Origin: Rozella allomycis CSF55
Taxonomy: Eukaryota
DNA: 58,124 nt
Direction of reading: 5' to 3'
Assembly (NCBI GenBank): GCA_000442015.1
Contig: KE561324.1
Coordinates: forward strand, 62,001-120,124
Made by a program: the position numbers and the translations under genes. The notes beneath the pieces were generated by a model that saw nothing but the letters and a program-made list of their open reading frames with translations, was not told where the DNA came from and made no database searches. Positions 39,409 to 52,141 of this stretch are shown here, piece by piece. Each line of letters starts with the position of its first letter. Position 1 is the first letter of the stretch.

Positions 39409-39923
39409 AATGATAAAGACTAAAAACATTATGTTGGCGATTTGCCAGATGTGGTAGATTCTCAATACGTTTTTCAATTTCATTTTCGCACTCGCTTCTG
39501 ATCTACATCGTGCACGAAATCAGATGGTTCGCGGTATATGTTGCAAGTTCACGTGTTTTGGCTTGCAGGTGCATTTCTCTTTCAGATAAATCCATTAAAA
39601 TGAGGAGCAGCTCAGTTTTCTCCAATAACTTGCAAAGAATAGAAATCCTATATTGGTTATTTAATGTGCCGGTGAACATATGCTCTCTTTTTGAAATATA
39701 GGATCTAATGAGCGTATTTTACACGTGGATTCACCTTCTGTCAAAGACAAACTTTTGTGGTTACTCTTTATTTAAAACGTCAAAGGTAAGTAAAGGAGTA
39801 GACTTTGAAGTATTTTGAGGTCTTAAAAATTGGACTAACACTCATTTGAACTAAAATATACTATTAATGTGGAGAATATATGCGATTTATATAATATGTT
39901 ACAAGTCATCAAATCAAGTAAAA

Positions 39924-40314
39924 TTAAATCCAAAATAACTTGGCCAAGCATCCACCTTCCTGATAGGGCTATTTAAACATAATTGATATATTTACTTTAA
40001 CTTCAATTAAATCTTCATCCTCTAATCCCAACTAATTTTAAAGTCAATAAATATAACTACAGACTCTGGAGTGGATTGTGCATCTATTGCAGTTCCGTCA
40101 AACACGAAGCGAAGTTTGTGAATATTTTGAGATGTCCTGTCGCAAAAGGATTCCATAACTTTTCTCATTTTTGTTGTCTTTTTGACTCTGAAGGAATATG
40201 ATTCACCGCTTGACTAGATGTGTTGATTTGAAATAAATTACTGTGTGTACTAGTCTTTTTAAAATCTGATGAATATTTTACTTGACGAGGAGAGTATTTG
40301 ATTCTTTTTCCATT
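39924..40314 (-). CDS. Divergent SUMO-family protein
   Basis: Five exons give MEKESNTLLVKLVHTSSGESYSFRVKKTTKMRKVMESFC...LRFVFDG...TPESLGLEDEDLIEVKPYQEGG/CLAKLFWI*. Confidence 0.75.
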
Positions 40315-40491
40315 CGTTGTTACCAAGTGGCTGGGTGATAAAGTAACGTTAATCAAAAGTGAAGTAATCAACTTTAATCATTTCAAAAATCTAATTAATT
40401 ACAATTGAGTAATCACTCAATGATCGCTGGTTTACTCATAACTCAAGTCATAAATAAAATAAAACATTTAAATTTTAAAAGTGCCGTTTAT

Positions 40492-43400
40492 TTAAATGTC
40501 AAAGTCGTCGTCTTCGGAATCAGAGACAGCAATACCTTGCTTCTTTTTCAATTTCTTTGCCTTTTCTTTAGCCTTTAATTCCTTGCGAGATAATTTCTTA
40601 GTTGACTTGACTTTGGTGACGTTTCCGAAAGCATCGATAGTTTCTTCTTGTTCCTTTTGTTCAATCTTTTCACCCTTCCCAGCATCAGTAACACCGTCGA
40701 TTGAGAGAACACCCTTGTCAACGTTCCAAGTGGTTGGGCAGAGAGAAGAAGTGAATTCAGAGTTGTGAGAGATCATAATGACACCACCTTGAAATTCGTT
40801 GATAGCATGAGCAAGAGCACCTAAAGAGTCACGATCCAAATAGTTGGTAGGTTCATCTAAAACAACAATGTGAGGATTCATCCACATAGCAGCACCAATG
40901 ACAACTTTAACCTTTTGACCACCAGAGAGACCACGAATACGAGAGTGAGTAGCGAATTCAGGATCAAGACCAAAATCAATTAAATGTTTTTCAATGTTCT
41001 TTTGAGTTAAAGGTTTAGCATAGAGACCTTGTCTAGCAGCTTCAGCATCATCAAAAGCTTGAACTAATTTTTGGAATCCCCAAGTGTCTAATTTTTCACG
41101 AGTAATCCAAGCGTTCTCTTCCATTGGCATGTTGACCCATTTGACTTCGTATTCATAAGAATTCTTCAACTTTCTTCTACCAAGCAAAGCATCAATGACA
41201 CGCTTAGTTCCTTCATACTTGACTTCCTTTTTCAATTCAGCTTCTTCTTCAGGAGTCATCTTACGAGTAGCCTTTGATAATAATTCTTTATCTTCACCAT
41301 ATTGAAAACGCCATTGGATGTATTCGTTTGGAGTCATGTCTAAATGTTGTTCTAAATGATGGAAAGCGTGTTGAGCAACATAGGCAAAACGCAAGTTGGG
41401 GTGTTTCCATACTTCACCTTCAGTTGGAATGGTTTCACCAGTCAAGAGCTTAATGATGGTAGACTTACCAGCACCGTTAGGTCCAATAACAGCAATACGA
41501 GAAGCAAGAGAACATTGAACAGTGATGTTAGAAATAGTATTCTTTTCAGCATTTGGATATTTGTAAGCACACTTCATCATCTTTAAAATAGCCTTGTCTC
41601 TAGATTTAACTCCATCAAGAAAACCAGGTTCAGGGAACTTAAATTTGATTTGAGAAGCAGAAAGTTCAAAATATGCTTTAGCTTCAGGCTTAACAGAAAC
41701 GAAATGGGTCAAGTTTCCATGGTAGATCTTCAACTTGCGAGATTCATAGTGAATGATATCAGTACAGACAGTGTTCAAGAATTTAGATTCGTGAGAGACA
41801 ATCATGCAAGTAACATCATCTAAACCATTCAAGTAGTTTTCTAACCAAGCAACATTCTTAACATCCAAGTGATTGGTTGGTTCATCAAGCAAAAGAATAT
41901 CAGCCTTCAAAAGCATAGCTCTTGCCAATTGAGTCTTCATCTTCCAACCTCCAGATAAACTGCCAACTCCCTTGTGGCAAATTTCATGTGTAAAGTTCAT
42001 TGAAAGCAAAAATTCTTCAACTTCTTTTGCTGTTGATCCCTTCATAAATTCATCTTCCAAAATGTATTCAACAACAGTCATATCAGAATCAGAAGCTTGA
42101 AGTTCGTGAGCAACGTAAACAGATCTCAATTCATCCTTTGATGGAAACCCTTCCAATTGTCCATTAGCAATAGCTCTCATCAATGTAGATTTACCACAAC
42201 CGTTATGTCCCAATAAACCATATCTACGGCCTCTCTTCATTCTCAATTTTGTATTATTCAACAAAATCATACCACCATAAGCCAATGAAAACTCACAGTT
42301 ACACAAATCAACTCCACCAATATCTTCTTCTACTTTCATATTCTCCATCTTTCTTGAAATATCTAAATCAACACTCTTCTTCAAAAACTCTTTAGTAACT
42401 TTTTCGTTCTCTTCAGTCAACAACTTGACAAATGGTCCAATAGACTTGACCCACTCAGCTTCTTCAAAGTTCTTCAATCCAATAAATGTGGAAGCCAAAT
42501 TACAAACAAAGTTGATGCACAAATCTTCAACATTTCCATTCTTGGCTCCTTTCAATCCACTCTTAATAAATCCTGTCAATGATTCAATTTCCTTCTCAAT
42601 AGCTGCTTCATCTCTAACAAACTCATTTCCTTCAGCTCCAACTTCAATCAAAACATTCTTTGCTTTGGTTGCTACCTCTCTCAACTCTGGATTAGATGCA
42701 TTCTCTATAATAGCATTCAACCCTGGCATCAACTTTGGCAAAAAGTGTTGCGCATCTTCTGGATTAGTAACCAACTTGCACATGTTTCCAATAATAATAG
42801 ATGTTTGACGCAATACAACAGTAGCTCTTTCCTTCAAACCTCTTTCCAACAATGGAACCATCACAGCTAAGGTTGGTTGATCAACTGGTCTAATAAAAGT
42901 AGTAGAAGACAACTTGTAGATAGTTTCTGGAACTTCTTCTGGCTTGGCAATGCAGCTGATGATGTCGTTCATAAATTGCTCAATATCTCCATTCTCAACA
43001 GTCTTGAAAATCTCCTTAATAGCAGCAAAGGCAGCAGTTTGCACTTGAGTCTTGGTAGACCACATGTTTTCAGTCAAGTGTGTAATGATCTCTGGCAAAT
43101 GTTGTGCAACTTCCTTTGGTCCAATAGACACAAATGATCCAAGAATATTCAAAGCTTTTTCCTTTCCTTGCCATTTCTTGCTGTTAGACATGGCTTCAAA
43201 CAAGATTGGCAACATGAATTGAACGTCTACTCCCTCAACATGCTTCAACACTGCTTCACATGCCTTCTTGGCAGCTTCTTGAACAACAGATTGCTTATCA
43301 GAATATGCATCCAAAACAGCTCCCAACATTGGCAAAACGTATGGGCAGCTAACACGCCCCTTCTTATTAGCAACAGCCTCAACAAATGCACAGGCTCCTT

Positions 43401-43620
43401 GTCTAACGGTCACAGATGTCTTGTCAACAGCAGCCTCAGAAATAGCCGAAACAACAGAAACTTCCTTTTGAAGGTTAGCTAGACCAATAGCATCGGTGAC
43501 ACTAACCATCTCCGAAATAACTTGCTCAATATTCTCCGCGGTTTTTAAACTAACTAGCAATTCACTGAAACGCTTGGATTGCGCTGAAACGGTGGCAGAA
43601 GGTTCAGTCGTTTTCGACAT
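40492..43620 (-). CDS. YEF3: Translation elongation factor 3
   Basis: HEAT region, two ABC cassettes (GHNGCGKST, GPNGAGKST), chromodomain insertion and K-rich tail; intronless. Confidence 0.95.
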   Translation of the reverse strand: MSKTTEPSATVSAQSKRFSELLVSLKTAENIEQVISEMVSVTDAIGLANLQKEVSVVSAISEAAVDKTSVTVRQGACAFVEAVANKKGRVSCPYVLPMLGAVLDAYSDKQSVVQEAAKKACEAVLKHVEGVDVQFMLPILFEAMSNSKKWQGKEKALNILGSFVSIGPKEVAQHLPEIITHLTENMWSTKTQVQTAAFAAIKEIFKTVENGDIEQFMNDIISCIAKPEEVPETIYKLSSTTFIRPVDQPTLAVMVPLLERGLKERATVVLRQTSIIIGNMCKLVTNPEDAQHFLPKLMPGLNAIIENASNPELREVATKAKNVLIEVGAEGNEFVRDEAAIEKEIESLTGFIKSGLKGAKNGNVEDLCINFVCNLASTFIGLKNFEEAEWVKSIGPFVKLLTEENEKVTKEFLKKSVDLDISRKMENMKVEEDIGGVDLCNCEFSLAYGGMILLNNTKLRMKRGRRYGLLGHNGCGKSTLMRAIANGQLEGFPSKDELRSVYVAHELQASDSDMTVVEYILEDEFMKGSTAKEVEEFLLSMNFTHEICHKGVGSLSGGWKMKTQLARAMLLKADILLLDEPTNHLDVKNVAWLENYLNGLDDVTCMIVSHESKFLNTVCTDIIHYESRKLKIYHGNLTHFVSVKPEAKAYFELSASQIKFKFPEPGFLDGVKSRDKAILKMMKCAYKYPNAEKNTISNITVQCSLASRIAVIGPNGAGKSTIIKLLTGETIPTEGEVWKHPNLRFAYVAQHAFHHLEQHLDMTPNEYIQWRFQYGEDKELLSKATRKMTPEEEAELKKEVKYEGTKRVIDALLGRRKLKNSYEYEVKWVNMPMEENAWITREKLDTWGFQKLVQAFDDAEAARQGLYAKPLTQKNIEKHLIDFGLDPEFATHSRIRGLSGGQKVKVVIGAAMWMNPHIVVLDEPTNYLDRDSLGALAHAINEFQGGVIMISHNSEFTSSLCPTTWNVDKGVLSIDGVTDAGKGEKIEQKEQEETIDAFGNVTKVKSTKKLSRKELKAKEKAKKLKKKQGIAVSDSEDDDFDI

Positions 43621-43632
43621 TTTTTCTTTTTA

Positions 43633-43639
43633 CCAGGGT
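43633..43639 (-). promoter_or_regulatory. ACCCTGG start-proximal motif (representative copy, 12 nt before the eEF3 ATG)
   Basis: The same heptamer lies 9-18 nt upstream of the ATP2, RPL44, RET2 and DUF4203 starts. Confidence 0.65.
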
Positions 43640-44061
43640 TACCGGAAGTGGCTGGTTATTTATAGGCCAACTGGTTCTTTTTATGACATCATTTTACTAT
43701 TTTTTCTTAATCGATAAGGTTTTCCTTTTATAATAATTGCTACCTTAAATATCAAAGGCCTTGGAAAGTTGAAGTAGCTTTATCAGATCATTTTTTAATG
43801 ATGTCTATTACATTTGATTAATTCAAGCAATTTAATTATTTTTACAATAAAATTGAGATTTCAAGCACAAAATACTAAGAAATAAGGTACCATTGAGTGT
43901 CCATTACTATATACGCTAGAATATGATATCAGATATATCATATATAATTGGCATATCTAATTAATATTTCATGCGGATTTCATGATCTATATTGGCGACC
44001 ACCTTTGAATAATAATACATCACACTGATTCATTAAGAATTGTAACTCGATAAAATATAGT

Positions 44062-45299
44062 TTATTTCAATTTACGAAGTCTTGCGATGAAGAATCCACT
44101 AATCCCGGAACACAAAGGATCAAATCTTATGCACTTTGGCAAGGTCACTTTTCCCGGCTGAACTTTTGATGGTAAAAATGTATTAATGTCTTCTAAAACT
44201 GCATTAGGGGTGGCTCTCAAAAATTTTCTAATTATATTTTCATTTTGAGATTGAGTTAAACTAAATCTCATGTAAATGTTGATTACCTGCAAGTCGAATA
44301 GACCAACACGCCGTCTGGTTTTAACAACTTGTATCCATTTTCTAATAGTCGATACTTTTACTTATTAAAAGTATATTTACTTGTAAATCATATAACCCTT
44401 CAAGGGCAGCTTGATCCTGGATCCTCTTAAGAAAATTATCCCACTGATTAAATTCGACACACGACTTTAGATAAAAACGTAGTTTTACTTTGAGAATATG
44501 CCTTAAGGAACCATCATGTGTACATTCTGCATCAACCAAAACCTTATCATACAATGAGTTGCAAGAAATATTCGCTCGCCTCTTAAAAATATAGGATTCA
44601 TGGAATAGCGTTGGATCATCCGACTTTTGGAGCTTTGTTTTTCTTTTCTTTTGAAATGGTTCAAAAATGTTCGGAAGTTCATCTGGCGCCAGTTTGTCAA
44701 AAGTTGTCCCGTCCGTGCAATAGACTCTAGCCTTGTTGACTTTCATCCGCTTCATTATCGAGCGGCAATTATTTAATCTGGATAATGAAATATCAACGCC
44801 AGTCACACTTCCAATTCCAGAGTCACCAAGTTTGGATGCAATTACTGACAACTTTGTTCCTACTCCAACAAAAAATCCATTATTACCAGGAGCACAGCAC
44901 AAATCTAAAACTTTATCATTTGGGTTAATATCTAATGTTTCAACAGCCACTAGAGAACTTAGATCTATTCCAATAATCTAGACAAGAAAATGAAACAATC
45001 AATACCTTCCGTTCTTTATACCTAGATGTTATCAGAATCTTTAATCATTACAGAGAAGATGAGGCAATTTTGGTCGTTCCACTTATCTGGAATACATAAT
45101 CGTAGGGTGGTTCTAATTTCAGTACGCCCGGAAATTCTTTTTCTATTGTATCTGTTTCCAAAGGGTAAAGAGTGTTCCATATAAAATATCTAGGTGTTTC
45201 AACTGAATAAACTTTTGGATCCACACCTTCTTTATTAAGAAAGTCTATGAAAGCATCAGGAAAATTCATCTCAAAAGTTGAAAAATCTTGAAGCCACAT
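44062..45299 (-). CDS. RNA m5C methyltransferase (RsmB/NOP2/NSUN family)
   Basis: VLDLCCAPG/TK, DKVLVDAECTHDGS, LVYSTCS...QNE and SGFFIARLRK; about 6 introns. Confidence 0.88.
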
Positions 45300-45384
45300 T
45301 CATGAAAGCCATTTAATAAAAAATATGTTCTCGTGTCTCAATGTTTATTTCTGGATTAAAAATTCAATGCAGTAAATTTACAAA

Positions 45385-47205
45385 ATGGCAGATGTCTCGG
45401 GACTGTATAACCTTGGAAATTCATGTTACATGAATGCAGCCTTACAGTGCTTGCTCAACTGGTATTTAATTTTCTATTTTTCGCAATATAGCCAACCAAT
45501 AAAAGCTTATTTTTCCCTCCTTAATTTTCAATCAAGATTATACCCAGTGATAGTGAAAGAGTTTGAGAAACTTGTGAAACTTTATGGAAAAGAGTAAACC
45601 CGTAAATAATATTGGATCAGAGAAATTATCAATCCAAATAAATTCGTGAATCGAGTGCGAAATGAAAATGCCTTGTTCTCTGACTATTCGCAACAAGATA
45701 CTATGGAATTTTTAAGATATATTTTGGATTCTCTGCATGAAGGATTAGCAGAAAATGACAGGTCAATTATTTCAGATGTTTTCAGAGGCAAATTGATGAG
45801 CATTCTAACATGCACTAGTTGTCTTCATGTAAGACCTTGTAATTGCAAAGAAAGGTATCTAAAAAGATTGATCCATTTTTTGATCTTGCTCTACCAGTGC
45901 GTAAAGATACAAATCATTCAAATTTTGTTCAAAATTTCATTAACGAACTGACGGAGTAATTATGAATATAAATCTACAAAGGTTGGTATCTTTCAAAGTA
46001 GAAATGCTTCAAGATTGCCTTTCCCGGTTGATGTCTAAAGAAATTTTGCGCGATGAAAATGCAGTTTATTGTGAAACTTGCAAAAAGAAACAGACATTTA
46101 AAAAGGAATTAAAATTATTAGAGCTACCAGAAGTAAAAAAGTGAAGTGTTTATAACAGGTCCTTATCATTCAATTAAAAAGGTTCAGCTTTGATTCACTT
46201 TTCGGACATAAAATTACGAATTATGTGTCCTCACCTTTGACAGATTTTGATGTTTCCTCTATATGCCATAAGAGTGTTGGGTTAAATACAAGATACTCTT
46301 TGATTTCTTCGATAAGGCACCATGGATCGTATCACGTATGGCGATGGTCGAATTATAATGTAGGGAGGTCATTATACGGCAAAAAGCTTATGCAGCAATG
46401 GCAAATGGTTCAAATTCGATGATTCACATTTCAGAGAAATTTCTTCAGAAGTCGTAGAAAATGAGGAATCATATATTCTATTTTACCAAAGGCAAATGCC
46501 TGGAAAAACCGAAGAAAGAAAGATAATCGATTCTTTCAAATTAGTAGCTCATCATAATTATCTGTAATTAGGAAAGTATTGGCAAGGTTAGCTTGATCAG
46601 CAAAATATGGATGAATCGATTTTTGACATTTGGAAATCCAGGTCCTGTATCAAATAATGATATTTTATGTCCTCACAAGAGTAATAAATTAAATGCATTA
46701 TTTAAAAGAACTTAATCCGTCTTTGCAAGAAGGTCTTGTTGATAGAATACCCAGAAATGTATTTGAATATTTTGTTCGAACTTACGGAAGCGATGATCCT
46801 AATTCGTACGAAGAGTTGGAGAAATGCGAAATTTGCCGCGATATTGAAATAAAATTGGATGAAAAGAGGAAGAAGATGACTGATGAGATTAAGAATGCCA
46901 AAGCGGAAGAATCGGACACATATTTTCATGTCAACATCAATTGGTTAAAAAAATACGAGAAATTTCTTTTGGGAGATAAAGAGCCTGGAACGATAAGCAA
47001 TGCATCTATTGTCGACAATGGACGCATCAGAAAAAATCTCACCAGAGGAATACACTATCGATCTCTTACAAAATCTGTTTGGGATTTACTGTATAATGAA
47101 TATGGAGCCGATTATTTTATTACAGGAACGGATCTCAGTATTTATAACTCAAAATTGGATAACTTAAAACCATCTAAGGATTGTACAATCGAAATAAAAG
47201 AATAG
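45385..47205 (+). CDS. Ubiquitin-specific protease (USP20/33-like, C-terminal DUSP domains)
   Basis: [38 protein letters not shown] and [13 protein letters not shown]; about 8 introns. Confidence 0.88.
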
Positions 47206-47228
47206 ATTAAATGCTTTACTATAATATA

Positions 47229-47432
47229 TTATTCAACATCATCTTCATTGGAGCTGTCAGTTTCTTTTTGTTCCTTGGATTCACCAATTTTCTCCATGCA
47301 GATTGTCAAGTATTGATTAATTAGATGCTGTGATTTAAGCAAAGATGAACGCAAGTCTTCTTTTCCTTTAACTTCTATTTCCGCCTTGAAAGGTTCCTCT
47401 AATATTTTGCATTCAATTTTTATTTTTTCCAT
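47229..47432 (-). CDS. Small acidic-tailed protein, KEOPS subunit GON7-like
   Basis: LRSSL...Q..INQYLT..ME plus an acidic tail resembles the Gon7 core helix. Confidence 0.45.
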   Translation of the reverse strand: MEKIKIECKILEEPFKAEIEVKGKEDLRSSLLKSQHLINQYLTICMEKIGESKEQKETDSSNEDDVE

Positions 47433-47455
47433 TCTGGAATTTCCAAGTCCAAAAA

Positions 47456-47896
47456 ATGGTTCGTTTCAAGAATAGATATATACTTTATGAAATCACTTTT
47501 AAAGACGGAAAAATAGATTCAACCTTGTCTGATCAAATGATACTGAAACATTTAAAGGATGTGGTTCAGCTATACTTTGGAAACTACGGAATGTGCTGTT
47601 TGAGCAGCTCTCTTTCTTCCAAATACTTTAATCCTTATACTTTAATGGGATTAATACGAGCTCCCAGAGAGTTTTTTCGACTGGCTTGGTTCGGATTATC
47701 TATGTTGTCATCTATTTACGGGAGGACATGTTCTATCAGAGTGATTCATGTTGGCGGCACTATAAGATCTTGTCAAAAAGAACTACTTGCAAAGAATAAA
47801 GAATTTTTAAAAGTCGCTTGCTTCGATAAAGAAGAATCTTACATCAAAGCCATGGACAGTATTATAAACAAGGGAATCGACCAAATTACAGCCTAA
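47456..47896 (+). CDS. POP5: RNase P/MRP subunit POP5
   Basis: MVRFKNRYIL...FGNYG...IHVGGTIRSCQ. Confidence 0.93.
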   Translation: MVRFKNRYILYEITFKDGKIDSTLSDQMILKHLKDVVQLYFGNYGMCCLSSSLSSKYFNPYTLMGLIRAPREFFRLAWFGLSMLSSIYGRTCSIRVIHVGGTIRSCQKELLAKNKEFLKVACFDKEESYIKAMDSIINKGIDQITA

Positions 47897-48014
47897 ATCA
47901 TTGTAAAAAGTAGATTTTGGGATATTATGATTGTACTTTTGTTTCAGTACGAATAAACTCTTTTAAATCACTCTTAAAATCACAATTCACAAAAACTAAC
48001 TAAATTTATTGATA

Positions 48015-48775
48015 TTATCTTGAAAAGTGTTTCTTATTCTTTTCGGTAACTTTAAATTGGATCAATATTGCAAACAGTGTCAACGCTGCAAAGCTTCCCA
48101 ACATTATGTAAGTTTTTTGGTCAAAATTATAGGGGCTGGTTTGGCTCATGAAAGCGGTAACGACCTGATAGAACCCTAATTTAACAAAAACATCGATACC
48201 AGTGAGTAAACCAAATGATCCAATCAAGCTGGTTGCAATGATGATGACTTGTTTTTCAAAGAATAGTGGAAGTATAAACCCGATGAGTGTGATTACTCCA
48301 ATAAAGATAAATCTTGGGTTTTGTTCCTGAAAATACGAGATATTAAAGGACAGGATGAACAATGCTAGACAGAGTCCACCAAGACCGCCGCACAGGGCTA
48401 ATCCAAGTCGCCAAAGGAAAATGGATAATAAAGCACCGACGATACCGGCCGCGATGCATATGCCAAAGTATGCAAGCTGTGTTTGGTCACCAAAAGTGAC
48501 ATTGTAGTTGCCCAACAGTGCATATGCTATTATAGCAAAGGAAAAGAATCCGGACATTCCTAGAATCGGTTTGAATAGTTTGATTCCAAAGAACAAAAAG
48601 AGCAATCCGGATGCAATGAGGGCGGCGCCTGAAAAGGCACTGTAGCCATTAAACTCGAGGTTTGGCACTATTAGAGTTGGAATGAAGATTTACATGTTAT
48701 GTTATCAATAATATTAGTATCTGCAGCGACAAAATTTGAGGCGATTATCAATAAACATGATAGGAAATAGATCAT
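48015..48775 (-). CDS. TMEM198/TM7S3 (DUF4203) membrane protein with signal peptide
   Basis: FFGIKLFKPILGMSGF, GGLGG and IIATSLIGS; one 26-nt intron. Confidence 0.78.
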
Positions 48776-48925
48776 TGAAAATAACCAGGGTCTGGTTAAT
48801 AAGATTGAAAAGTAGGTTTATTAAAGTGACTGGAAATAGGCGCATTAGACCAAGGAATGTATTATATCAAGAACCATCACGTGATTAAACCATTTAAGAA
48901 TTTTCACAAAGCCACCCTTGCAAAA

Positions 48926-51900
48926 ATGTCTAGTGCACCGAAAAGTGTAAGTGGTAGTAATTTTGGTTAGAGTAGACGGCGCGACGTGATCGTTTGGTAG
49001 CTATTGAGCGGGAGATACAAGAGTATTGGGACAAGGAGAAGATATTTGAGACTGAGGCACCAGGCAAGGATGAGCCTTTTGTAGAAAAGTTTATGGGGAC
49101 GTTTCCGTTTCCGTATATGAATGGGAGACTGCATTTGGGACATTCATTTTCGCTATCTAAACTGGAGTTTGCAACAGGATATGAGCGTTTGAGGGGGAAG
49201 AGGGCGTTGTTGCCGTTTGGGTTTCATTGTACTGGGATGCCGATCAAGGCGTGTGCGGACAAGTTGAAGAGAGAGATTGAAGAGTATGGAAACCCACCGG
49301 TGTTTCCTAAAGAGGTTGTGGAAGAGGAAGAGGAAGTGAATGAGAATGTAGACCCAACGAAGATTAAGAAGAAGCATGGGAAAGCGTTGGCCAAGAGCAG
49401 TGGAGCAAAGTATCAATGGGATATAATGTTGTCGCTTGGGATACCAGAGAGTGAGATTCCCAAGTTTGCTGAGAGTGAGTATTGGTTACAGTATTTTCCA
49501 CCGATGGCAATTGAAGATTTGAAGAGATTTGGATTGAAAGCTGATTGGCGTAGATCATTTATAACGACTGATGTGAATCCATACTTTGATAGTTTTGTTA
49601 GATGGCAGTTTAATAAGTTGAAGGAGGCTGGGAAGATTAAGTTTGGCAAGAGATATACGATCTACTCTGAAAAGGATGGACAGCCATGTATGGACCATGA
49701 TAGACAGAGTGGAGAGGGAGTTGGACCGCAGGAGTATACGATAATATTGATTAAAGTTGTTGGGGGTGGAAATGAAAAGATGAAAAAGTTGATGCAAGGA
49801 AACAAAGTGTATTTGGCCGCAGCAACGTTGAGACCTGAGACGATGTATGGACAAACTAATTGTTGGATTGGGCCTGATATTGAATATGGAGCATACAGAG
49901 CAGCAGATGGGAGTGTTTATGTGTGTACTGAAAGATCAGCCAAGAACATGTCATTTCAAGGGTTGAGTAGAGAAGTTGGCAAAGTAGAATTAATTGAGAC
50001 TTTTAATGGAAAAGAATTGTTGGGATTAGAATTGGAAGCACCACTTGCAGAGCATAAGATTATTTATTCATTGCCGATGATGAGTGTTAGTGCCAAGAAG
50101 GGAACGGGGGTGGTTACATGTGTTCCAAGTGATTCACCAGACGATTATGCAGCGTTGAGAGATTTGAAGCAGAAAGAGGCGTTGAGAGAAAAGTTTGGAA
50201 TTAAAGCTGAATGGGTGATTCCATTTGAGCCAATCCCAATAATAGAAACACCAACTTATGGGAATGTGTGTGCAAAGGTGATAGTTGAAGAATTGAAGAT
50301 TACGAGTCAAAATGATAGACCAAAGTTGGATTTAGCTAAAGAATTGGCATACAAGGAAGGGTTTTATAAAGGAAAGATTATTATTGGAGAATACAAGGGA
50401 GAGATGGTTTCAGAAGTGAAAGTGAAGATTAGACAAGAGTTGATTAATAAAGGAACAGCATTGATTTATTATGAGCCAGAAAAGGTAGTCATGTCGAGAT
50501 CTGGAGATGAATGTGTTGTAGCGCTAGTTGATCAATGGTATGTTGATTATGGCGAAGAAGAATGGAGAAAACAAACAGAAGAGTAAAAAGGATGATTTAA
50601 TTTAAGGTAGATGTTTGAGGGGTATGAATTGTTATCATGAAGAAACAAGAAATAAGTTTATTTCAACGTTGGGATGGTTGAATCAATGGGCCTGTTCTAG
50701 ATCTTATGGGTTGGGTTCTAGACTTCCATGGGATGAGCAATATTTGATAGAATCACTTTCAGATTCCACTATTTACATGGCATTTTATACAATATCGCAT
50801 TATCTTCAATCTAATGTGAATGGAAGTGAAATGGGAATTGGAAAGATAAAGCCAGAGCAAATGACTGATAAAGTTTGGGATTATATTTTCTGTAATAAAG
50901 AATGTCCAGAAACTGACATTAATAAAGAAGTGTTGGAAAAGATGAAGAGAGAGTTTGAGTATTTTTATCCATTGGATTTGAGAGTTTCAGGCAAGGATTT
51001 AGTTCCAAATCATTTAACATTTTTTCTTTATAACCATACAGCGATATTTGAAGACAAGTATTGGCCAAAGGCAGTTAGAGCGAATGGACATTTGAAATTG
51101 AATGGAGAGAAAATGTCAAAATCAACTGGAAACTTTTTAACGTTGAAAGATGCGATTGATAAATTTTCAGCTGATGCTTGTCGTTTAGCTTTGGCTGTTG
51201 GTGATCAAGTGGAAGATGCCAACTTTGAAGAAAGCAACGCAAACGCTGCCATCCTTCGTTTGTACACTTTTATGGAATTCTCTCAAGAAGTTTATGAAAA
51301 ACCAGAATTGTTTAGAAGTGAATCTGAAGAATTTAATTTTCATGATCGTGTTTTTGAAAATGAAATAAACAAATCAATAAAATTAACAAACGAAGCGTTT
51401 GAACAAATGACGTTTGCTGAAGCTATGAAACATGGGCTATATGAACTAGCAAACGCTAAAGATCGTTACAAGGATTACGTTGGTGGGAAAATGCATTATA
51501 AATTAGCTAAAAGATTTGTTCTTGTTCAATGTCTTTTATTATCTCCAATCTCTTCTCACATTACTGAATACATTTACAGAAATGTTATGGGTTATTCTTC
51601 AAGTATTCTAAACGCTTCTTTTCCTGAAATTTCTCAAATTGATGATTCTATTTTAATCGCCAATGAATTTCTTCAATCTACAATCACCAAAATTAGACAA
51701 TCTTTAGAAAAAGAATTAAAGAAAACAAAGAAATCTATCCCTGTAATAAATTCTCTAACTATTCTTGTTGCCAAAGATTTTCCAATCTGGCAAAAATCAA
51801 TCTTTGATATTCTTTCTTCCTTTTATGACAAGAATTCAAATTTATTCACTGCTGAAATGGACGTTATCGTTAAAACTATCATGAAATCTGAAAATGCTAA

Positions 51901-52141
51901 AAAGGGTGGAAAATTGGCCGTTCCTTTTACAAGCAAAATGAAGAAATTAGTTGACCAGCATGGCGATATTTCCATCCTCTACAAACCTCTTCCTTTCAAT
52001 GAAATGAACACTCTTGTTGAAAATATCGAATTTATTAAATCTAAAATGGATTCCAGAATCGTCAATGTTTCAATTGAATTTGCTAAAGATGATGCAACAA
52101 CCGTACCTGGTGAACCAGATCTATCTTGGTCATTCAAATAA
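48926..52141 (+). CDS. CDC60: Cytosolic leucyl-tRNA synthetase
   Basis: [24 protein letters not shown] and KMSKS; introns of 29 and 28 nt. Confidence 0.97.

Noticed and set aside
43921-43943. AT-rich inverted repeat upstream of eEF3
   Set aside because: Low complexity and expected by chance.
44460-44490. Possible GT-CG 27-nt intron in the NSUN-like gene
   Set aside because: A canonical in-frame 24-nt GT-AG alternative exists, so the sequence cannot discriminate.
51190-51215. LeuRS LALAVGD is one residue shorter than the usual LALADAGD
   Set aside because: It is a single in-frame difference and could be a variant or an assembly error; no further support.
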